Sequence record: NC_049822.1
DNA: 51,739 nt
Origin: Escherichia phage vB_EcoS_G29-2
Strand: one strand, 5' to 3'
Shown: piece after piece, positions 45,840 through 51,739 of the stretch
How positions within the stretch are numbered: the stretch's first letter is position 1
How the letters are laid out: each line of letters starts with the position of its first letter
Translations under genes and position numbers: made by a program
Notes under the pieces: model-generated
The model's input: the letters and a program-made list of their open reading frames with translations, nothing else
Told to the model about the DNA's origin: nothing
Database searches by the model: none

Positions 45840-47423
45840 TTACCCCAGCAATGTTGGATTTACAAAAACAACGCCATTAATCACACAAATATAATTTCTT
45901 TCTTCAAGCATCGGCAGCAGTTGCGTTTCCATACGCTTCATTACGCCAGCCTGGCCAACAAACGGCTTAACTTTTCGTGCAGCCTCATATATGGCGCGAA
46001 CATTCAAGATCCCCTTGTTAGCCTTACCGTGTCGAGTGATAATCTCGATTAGTTTACCCATTTCAGCATCATCACCAGCATAGCCAGAAGCGTTGGCGGC
46101 GCTAATGTATGTTTTGCTCAACTCGCTAAACATCAGCAGTGCTTCTTGAACGGTTTCAACTTCAATCTCTTTCGACTTCTGAGGGTATCCACCAGGATTA
46201 AACCAGTTGCGGATAGTGTGCAAAACCGAAGCAATCCTGATCACCTGCTTATCCATTTTGCCAAGAGCACCGCGCAGCATTGTATGCGAATACTTTCCGC
46301 CATCAGCAAGGTGCGGCTCCATCTCCTGACGAGCTATGTTAAGAACTCGCATTGCTGATTTGCTGATCTTAAGCTGGATGTTTGATTCACTCATGATGTT
46401 ATGGATCAGCTTAAAATATTGACTTTTCAGTTCTCCATCAACAGGCTCATAAGTAGAATCACCGTTATCATCAACAAACTTTCGACGACCTAAAAATGAT
46501 TCCTCACGCACAAGCAAATAACGCTCACTCACACCGATACCGCGCGATCCTGCATCCATGATGGCATTGATTGTTTCATCCTGGGCAATCACCGCCATAC
46601 AGCCAAGAGCTTTAAAACTCATATTGTTGTCAGCGTTTGCACGAGCTATAGAAACATGACCATGATCCCATGCTTTCAGCACAAGTTCGCTGTTGGTTTT
46701 ACGTTCGCTATTAGCATATGTCAGACCTAAAAGGCTGTTAATACTCGTTGCCTCGTCTGAAATCACAGCAAAGTTACCCTGGCGATTGTTGATTCTTGCA
46801 AGTCCTTCCGGCGTGGTGTCGGACACAGGGAAAACAATGTCACACATCTTTTCCAGTTTTTCTTCCAGATCTTCTTTCTCCTGGTACAGAGATTCCATAT
46901 CAGCGCCGGAGCGCTCGCTTTTCATCTCTTTTGCAAGACCTGCCAACTTTGCCTGAATCTTTTTTCTTTCCTTCTTTCGCTGATCGTTAATTCTTTCCAC
47001 TTCTGCAACCATTGGAGCAAGTGCCAGGCTGTTAACGGCAGATTTACCAGTTGAAGGAGGCTGGCTTGTGACAACATAAAGAGCGGTCGGCTGATCCGTT
47101 CCGTGATACTCAACCGTGAAGCGTCCAAGCATTGCAGCAGACACGCAGCCGATAAAATGCATATATGCCGATGATTCAGGGAACTGAACTGAGCGAGCAA
47201 TGTTGCGCGCCAACTTACCAACAACATCAACATCATTGCCAAGAGAAATTACAGGGTAGCGATCATTTCCGTTATTAACATCATTAACCTCACCCCAAAA
47301 GCTGGACGATTGACGGTATCCGTTTGCCTGAATGGACACGCGCACCGGAGACAATCCTTGTGCATCAGCTAATTCGATAATTTGTTTTGGTGTTAGTTTG
47401 TTGGTTTCAAACGAAAAATTCAT
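45840..47423 (-). CDS. P-loop NTPase-containing protein (putative replication-associated)
   Basis: 527 aa from RBS-supported ATG (GGAG); Walker A-like SQPPSTGKSA. Confidence 0.6.
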   Translation of the reverse strand: MNFSFETNKLTPKQIIELADAQGLSPVRVSIQANGYRQSSSFWGEVNDVNNGNDRYPVISLGNDVDVVGKLARNIARSVQFPESSAYMHFIGCVSAAMLGRFTVEYHGTDQPTALYVVTSQPPSTGKSAVNSLALAPMVAEVERINDQRKKERKKIQAKLAGLAKEMKSERSGADMESLYQEKEDLEEKLEKMCDIVFPVSDTTPEGLARINNRQGNFAVISDEATSINSLLGLTYANSERKTNSELVLKAWDHGHVSIARANADNNMSFKALGCMAVIAQDETINAIMDAGSRGIGVSERYLLVREESFLGRRKFVDDNGDSTYEPVDGELKSQYFKLIHNIMSESNIQLKISKSAMRVLNIARQEMEPHLADGGKYSHTMLRGALGKMDKQVIRIASVLHTIRNWFNPGGYPQKSKEIEVETVQEALLMFSELSKTYISAANASGYAGDDAEMGKLIEIITRHGKANKGILNVRAIYEAARKVKPFVGQAGVMKRMETQLLPMLEERNYICVINGVVFVNPTLLG

Positions 47424-47452
47424 TGATGATAACTCCTTTTTTTGATGCGGCA

Positions 47453-47497
47453 ATAATACCGCACCAATGCTACCCGCATTTAACAAAAAATGCTATT
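47453..47497 (-). promoter_or_regulatory. conserved motif promoter (variant, -10 TATTAT in hairpin loop)
   Basis: AATAGCATTTTTTGTTAAAT then 19 bp then TATTAT. Confidence 0.5.
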
Positions 47498-47714
47498 TGA
47501 TCCGCTCTATGCTAACTAAGATTTTTTCTGGTTCCCTTGCGCTATGGCAATGCGCGGTTACGGAGTCAGCAAAATCAAAATAAAGTGATTTGTGGTAAGA
47601 AAGACCAATCAGCCATCCAACCATCGTTTTCTTTATTGGCCTGACTATATCGCCAGGCTTGAAGGTTTTTGTTGCTGAATGAGTCACCTTATAGCGATAT
47701 TCAGCCTTGATCAC
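47493..47714 (-). CDS. hypothetical protein (GTG start)
   Basis: GTGA overlap with upstream stop; stop embedded in motif copy. Confidence 0.45.
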   Translation of the reverse strand: MIKAEYRYKVTHSATKTFKPGDIVRPIKKTMVGWLIGLSYHKSLYFDFADSVTAHCHSAREPEKILVSIERIK

Positions 47715-48097
47715 TTATACATAGCCTCAAATAAATGACAGCCACCAGCGGAAAATCCTACTTCTTCGCGATATAGCGTCCAGCGGTCGCCAGCTTCATC
47801 AAAAACATAACCAGCAACAGCACCAAGCGCGCGCCCTTGCTCAATCTGGTAGCGCTTTCCTTCTTTGAAATGCTTTTTGCACGGGATCTTGTGATCTACA
47901 AATGTGCATTTAATTGTTTTTGTCTTGATATGACGATAGTCAGACTCAACAGCGTTTTTCCACTTGCTACCCTTTGTAATGCTCTTTACCTGGAATTGTT
48001 CCAACTCGATCACATCATCGCTACCAGCAATTTTTTCGTATACAGCTTTATAACGACCGTTCATCAAAACGTTGGTTTTATTGCAGATAACTTTCAT
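47711..48097 (-). CDS. hypothetical protein
   Basis: 128 aa, RBS GGAGAAA, leader CACCGAAACGAAAGGAGA. Confidence 0.55.
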   Translation of the reverse strand: MKVICNKTNVLMNGRYKAVYEKIAGSDDVIELEQFQVKSITKGSKWKNAVESDYRHIKTKTIKCTFVDHKIPCKKHFKEGKRYQIEQGRALGAVAGYVFDEAGDRWTLYREEVGFSAGGCHLFEAMYK

Positions 48098-48128
48098 CGT
48101 TTATTTCTCCTTTCGTTTCGGTGAAGTG

Positions 48129-48173
48129 ATTATGCCAGGCTTTTACACCTGGCTTTTAACAAAAAGTGCTATT
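48129..48173 (-). promoter_or_regulatory. conserved motif promoter (hairpin GCCAGG/CCTGGC, -10 CATAAT)
   Basis: minus-strand motif; same hairpin sequence as copy at 1254. Confidence 0.55.
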
Positions 48174-48879
48174 TTGCGTTTGCTTCAAAGACGGCGCGAG
48201 CAAAACCGCGCGGTGTGAGGGAGCGGATCATCTTTGTGCGAGACGATTTTCCGCCAGTTTTGGCCCAACCAGGATTATCCTTGTCGCCATCTTTAGGAAT
48301 GATTGTTGCGCGCGGAGGAATAACAAATCCGTTTCCAGTCCAAAGGCATGTTTTCTTAAAGTACCGATCCCGTGCCGGAATAATATCAGGAAAGTCGGGA
48401 TGTTTATCATCTTCCGGCAGATAGCCAGCATAATCGCACGGATGGAACGTATAATCAGGCTTGCGCCATAGCGTTGACAGCTTGCCTACAGGATTCTCTA
48501 TCATGTACGGAACACCGAAATAATCAGCAATTTGCGCCGCTATTTTGCAAGTGTCGGCGGCTTCATCCTGGAACGATGGATTCTCAATGCGTTTTTTAGC
48601 CCAATGGCGAGATCCGCTATTTGCAAGGTCAGTGCATGGAGGGAACGCCATAATAAAATCAGGCTTACCCCAATTTTCAAGTTTTGCGGTATATTTGAAT
48701 AGATCATCAATCCACGCGTTAACGTAAAAGATATTGTCATGGATTATGCGCACTGAGTGGTAATCACCGTGATCAGCATCATCGTAATTAAAGCAAATGC
48801 ATTTATATCCAGCATCAGCCCAATCTTTAACGGCTTTACCGGATCCATCAAACAAAGAGAAAATTAAACCCTTATACAT
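48169..48879 (-). CDS. putative DNA (cytosine-5) methyltransferase, compact
   Basis: motif I-like LFDGSG, motif IV-like FPPC, motif VI-like ENPVG; RBS GAGGTGA. Confidence 0.5.
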   Translation of the reverse strand: MYKGLIFSLFDGSGKAVKDWADAGYKCICFNYDDADHGDYHSVRIIHDNIFYVNAWIDDLFKYTAKLENWGKPDFIMAFPPCTDLANSGSRHWAKKRIENPSFQDEAADTCKIAAQIADYFGVPYMIENPVGKLSTLWRKPDYTFHPCDYAGYLPEDDKHPDFPDIIPARDRYFKKTCLWTGNGFVIPPRATIIPKDGDKDNPGWAKTGGKSSRTKMIRSLTPRGFARAVFEANAK

Positions 48880-48888
48880 TTCATCACC

Positions 48889-49113
48889 TCAAAACGGAAA
48901 GCATCGCGGACAGTTAGGATCAAAATTGCAGCCGCAATCATTAACAATCATCGTTGGATCTGCAAATGCAGCACCGCATTCATGTTCCATATCCATTTCA
49001 CCCAACGCATCATCAAGTGTCCTGATCTTATATGCAACTTCAAGAGCAGCCTCTTTATTCAGCCCAGCATCTTCCGCTTTTTGCAGTCGCTCAAAAAATC
49101 CGTCCTGGCTCAT
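48889..49113 (-). CDS. hypothetical protein with C-terminal Cys cluster
   Basis: CGCNFDPNCPRC at C-terminus. Confidence 0.5.
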   Translation of the reverse strand: MSQDGFFERLQKAEDAGLNKEAALEVAYKIRTLDDALGEMDMEHECGAAFADPTMIVNDCGCNFDPNCPRCFPF

Positions 49114-49223
49114 TTCATAAGCTCCTTGATAACAATCAGAATAGTAGCAATAACAGCAGTGACAACTAAAAGACCAGCAAGGCTCATCATCACACCAAAT
49201 AAAATATCAAGAAATTTCGTCAT
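49110..49223 (-). CDS. small hydrophobic peptide (37 aa)
   Basis: not in track; RBS AGGTGA; single TM MTKFLDILFGVMMSLAGLLVVTAVIATILIVI. Confidence 0.3.
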   Translation of the reverse strand: MTKFLDILFGVMMSLAGLLVVTAVIATILIVIKELMK

Positions 49224-49240
49224 TATTATCACCTTTATTT

Positions 49241-49265
49241 AAAGGGAGGCGAAACCTCCCGTTTA
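49241..49265 (-). terminator. rho-independent terminator
   Basis: minus-strand GGGAGG-TTTCGC-CTCCC + TTTAAAT. Confidence 0.55.
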
Positions 49266-49269
49266 TTAA

Positions 49270-49497
49270 TTAGATAGCCTTCCAACTTTCAATGAACATG
49301 CTGTTCTCTTCAAGAAGTTTAATCAATTCTTCGCGCGTATATTTGCGGATTTTACTACCTGGATGCGAGCCAACAACAAACACACCTTTACCGCTCGTGA
49401 TTGTTAACTGGTTGATTCCGCAAGATTTATCCATCTTAATGGCGACGCGGTGATGTGCATCAACAGTGTGCATGATGTTAGTGATTTTGGCTTTCAT
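49270..49497 (-). CDS. hypothetical protein
   Basis: 75 aa, terminator hairpin after stop. Confidence 0.5.
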   Translation of the reverse strand: MKAKITNIMHTVDAHHRVAIKMDKSCGINQLTITSGKGVFVVGSHPGSKIRKYTREELIKLLEENSMFIESWKAI

Positions 49498-49671
49498 TAT
49501 GCAATCCTCATTATATTTGGTGTGGTAACTATATCAGGTTTGAGAAATATTGTTTAGCAATTTGTGCTATCAGTTGAAATAGCTATGGCGATTTGCTCGC
49601 TTTCCGTCTCCGCCATAATGATCATTAGAAACGGGAATCATCCAGGAATTATGAAATATTATTAGTCTCAT

Positions 49672-49953
49672 CTAATTAATGCCAACAACGTTAAAACTTA
49701 CAGCTTTTGTTGCGCTAAACACATACGCTTCAACAGCCTCACCAAATACACGAATTTTTCCCTGGCCGTACTGCGCATTCATATTGCGCCAAACCGTCCT
49801 GTTAGAACAGAACGCGCTACCAGTCTTGATAAGATTATCCATCTCTTTCCTTAGATCATGATAATCAAGCCAGAATCTATAAGCGCGTTGTTTAATGAGT
49901 TGTGCCTTGATTGTTTCAGTTGAGTTTTTAAAATCGCTGTTTGTGTAGGCCAT
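49672..49953 (-). CDS. hypothetical protein
   Basis: RBS GGAGG; TAATG coupling with upstream gene. Confidence 0.5.
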   Translation of the reverse strand: MAYTNSDFKNSTETIKAQLIKQRAYRFWLDYHDLRKEMDNLIKTGSAFCSNRTVWRNMNAQYGQGKIRVFGEAVEAYVFSATKAVSFNVVGIN

Positions 49954-50147
49954 TACACAACCTCCATAAAAGTATTGAATCCACGCAGTTTGAAAGCATT
50001 GCCATGTTTAACAACGTTCCATGTCAGGCCGGAGTGATACGCAACCATATCCTCAAGATCAATGGTGATGATAGCGCCTTTCTTAAAGATTCCTTTCTCG
50101 TGAGTGGTGTCACGCTGTACAACTTTAACATCAACTTGATTTTCCAT
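49953..50147 (-). CDS. hypothetical protein
   Basis: RBS GAGGA and conserved leader downstream of motif promoter 50178-50223. Confidence 0.5.
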   Translation of the reverse strand: MENQVDVKVVQRDTTHEKGIFKKGAIITIDLEDMVAYHSGLTWNVVKHGNAFKLRGFNTFMEVV

Positions 50148-50177
50148 CTTTAAATCCTCGTTCGTTGTCGATGGATG

Positions 50178-50223
50178 TAATATACCATTCAGGCGCATAC
50201 CGTTTTTAACAAAAAGTGCTATT
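50178..50223 (-). promoter_or_regulatory. conserved motif promoter (-10 ATATTA)
   Basis: motif then 18-19 bp then ATATTA; followed by conserved leader. Confidence 0.5.
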
Positions 50224-50509
50224 CAACAACAGATCCAGTTAAAGAGATAAGTGCCCTTGTGATCTTGTGTCTGCGATACTGACGCGCAACAACCGGAAGA
50301 TTTTCACCGCTTTGATGACCGAAGCAGATCGGCAACTCACCCTCAAGAGAGCGGAAGCCGCCAAACTCAAGATCACGCACAGGCTTTGAGCGCCACGCTT
50401 CAATAAATCCGCGTTCGTCACGCGTGATATAGCGGTATATGTTCGGGAGGGGCAATTGTATCCCCTCAAAATCCACTGTATCGGTATAGCTGTAAAACTT
50501 AGAACTCAT
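50219..50509 (-). CDS. hypothetical protein
   Basis: RBS GGAG; stop in motif copy. Confidence 0.5.
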   Translation of the reverse strand: MSSKFYSYTDTVDFEGIQLPLPNIYRYITRDERGFIEAWRSKPVRDLEFGGFRSLEGELPICFGHQSGENLPVVARQYRRHKITRALISLTGSVVE

Positions 50510-50651
50510 AGTCAACAACTCCAAATTCGTTAACAATTTGCGCCTTATAGAATCCGCCATTTTTCGCCAGGTTATAACATGCCGCTACAGTTTCAAATTC
50601 GCGCACTTCCGGCTGGCTGTTTTCGTGTTCCCAGGTAATCAGAGTAACCAT
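50499..50651 (-). CDS. small hypothetical protein (50 aa)
   Basis: not in track; RBS GAGGA and conserved leader after motif promoter 50685-50729. Confidence 0.4.
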   Translation of the reverse strand: MVTLITWEHENSQPEVREFETVAACYNLAKNGGFYKAQIVNEFGVVDYEF

Positions 50652-50684
50652 TTTCAAATCCTCGCATTCGTTATCGATGTGTGT

Positions 50685-50729
50685 AATGTACAGGAATACG
50701 AGGATTGAGTTTTAACAAAAAGTGCTATT
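50685..50729 (-). promoter_or_regulatory. conserved motif promoter (-10 TACATT)
   Basis: motif then 18 bp then TACATT; followed by conserved leader. Confidence 0.5.
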
Positions 50730-50995
50730 TAGTCCAGGAATTCGATTTCGCGCTCGCCAGTTAACGGATCTTTAATCCAGAATCCTAGCGCCTCACCGTA
50801 AATACCGCCATAGAATCCAAGCGCCGACAGATCCTCACCTTTAACAAATACCAGATCCCCGCTACGGCTTACGTGAGATACGTTAACGATAACCGGAAAG
50901 GTGCGATCCTTAAATGCAGGCCGCAGGGCGTAACACCCGTTATTGAGCAAACGTGCTTTGCGCTTAACTGGAATAGGTGCATTGATTCGCGCCAT
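50729..50995 (-). CDS. hypothetical protein
   Basis: RBS AAGGAGA; stop in motif copy. Confidence 0.5.
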   Translation of the reverse strand: MARINAPIPVKRKARLLNNGCYALRPAFKDRTFPVIVNVSHVSRSGDLVFVKGEDLSALGFYGGIYGEALGFWIKDPLTGEREIEFLD

Positions 50996-51008
50996 CTTTA
51001 TTTCTCCT

Positions 51009-51254
51009 TCATTGTTGATCGTGTTTAACTGCCATCAGAATATCACAGGACTCGTTAATAAATTTTGCCATGCGCTTATCATCACCATCAGGGATTAGCG
51101 CGTTAAACTCGCGTTTGCTACTGAACACAGTCACTTTATGGAATGATGCGAACGGCATCGACGGGAACTCGACTGTTTGCGTCAAGATCCGCAAACCCAT
51201 CTTTTTGGCCCTTACCTGGGCCTCGGCAAGTTCAAAATCCACTTCACTAATCAT
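51009..51254 (-). CDS. hypothetical protein
   Basis: ATGA coupling to upstream gene. Confidence 0.45.
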   Translation of the reverse strand: MISEVDFELAEAQVRAKKMGLRILTQTVEFPSMPFASFHKVTVFSSKREFNALIPDGDDKRMAKFINESCDILMAVKHDQQ

Positions 51255-51523
51255 TTCTTGATCTCCTCGGCAATAAACTTCAGGACTTTGCGCAAAAAAA
51301 CTTCGTTGTTGATGGTTGCTGGCAATTCCTCTTTCACTTCTTGCGGCAGATAGATATTGTCGTGCCAGGTTAAGCAATCGTAATTGATACGATAAGAGCA
51401 AAGCCACTCGCAATCGTTATCCGCTTCCCAAATGCAGAGTTGCAGAACATCGCCAAAATCCTCAACAGTCAGATCCAGACCGTGACGCTTTGCAAAGTTG
51501 AAAGTGGTTTTGCTGATGTTCAT
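51251..51523 (-). CDS. hypothetical protein (first gene of leftward operon)
   Basis: RBS CAGGAGA, downstream of motif promoter 51561-51605. Confidence 0.55.
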   Translation of the reverse strand: MNISKTTFNFAKRHGLDLTVEDFGDVLQLCIWEADNDCEWLCSYRINYDCLTWHDNIYLPQEVKEELPATINNEVFLRKVLKFIAEEIKK

Positions 51524-51560
51524 TGCTATCTCCTGATGGGTATCTCGTTTCGATGTGTCT

Positions 51561-51605
51561 AATGTACCCGATCAGGGCAATTCAGTTTTAACAAAAAGTG
51601 CTATT
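51561..51605 (-). promoter_or_regulatory. conserved motif promoter (-10 TACATT)
   Basis: motif then 18 bp then TACATT; drives leftward operon from 51523. Confidence 0.5.
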
Positions 51606-51618
51606 TGCTTACTGGTTA

Positions 51619-51658
51619 TTATTCCACCTATTCCATTAATCAGGAATAACAGGAATAA
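51619..51658. repeat. imperfect palindrome TTATTCCACCTATTCC ..8 bp.. GGAATAACAGGAATAA
   Basis: 16-bp arms, 13/16 complementary, upstream of leftward operon promoter. Confidence 0.5.
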
Positions 51659-51739
51659 ATCATTCGCGATCACCTGGATTGTGAGACTTTGAGTTTGATC
51701 AATTTTAATCAAGTGATTAACTTTTTGTGTGGAGGGGAT

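Noticed and set aside
51070-51261. Plus-strand ORF 51070-51261
   Set aside because: Antisense to coupled minus-strand genes 51009-51254 and 51251-51523; no RBS.
1-51739. Temperate or prophage interpretation
   Set aside because: No integrase, repressor-like CI, excisionase or attachment-site repeats seen; gene content is that of a virulent phage.
1-51739. Phage-encoded RNA polymerase as the reader of the conserved promoters
   Set aside because: No ORF of suitable size (over 800 aa apart from tape measure and J) with polymerase-like motifs was found.

Overview
This 51.7 kb window reads as a near-complete genome of a virulent T1-like siphophage (Drexlerviridae-style architecture) infecting an enterobacterial host. 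Layout: about 8 kb of small early genes on the + strand; a packaging, head and tail block (8.9-29.4 kb, +) with lambda-like tail-tip genes M/L/K/I/J; a Cor-like lipoprotein (-); a recombination module of PD-(D/E)xK exonuclease, ERF-type annealing protein and SSB (+); a leftward block with a tail fibre and primase (-); then helicase, VRR-NUC nuclease, Dam-type methyltransferase and a lysis cassette of holin, SAR endolysin and unimolecular spanin (+); and a final leftward block (45-51.5 kb) including a putative C5-cytosine methyltransferase. I saw no integrase, repressor, rRNA or CRISPR array, and recognised no tRNA by eye. The most striking signal is about 18 copies of a 21-bp motif AATAGCACTTTTTGTTAAAAC that swallows the upstream stop codon and sits a fixed 18-19 bp before a -10-like hexamer, often with a GC hairpin in the spacer and a conserved short leader. 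No single obviously novel defence or anti-defence system can be named from sequence alone; the candidates are listed as findings. All protein calls rest on motifs read by eye, not on database searches.
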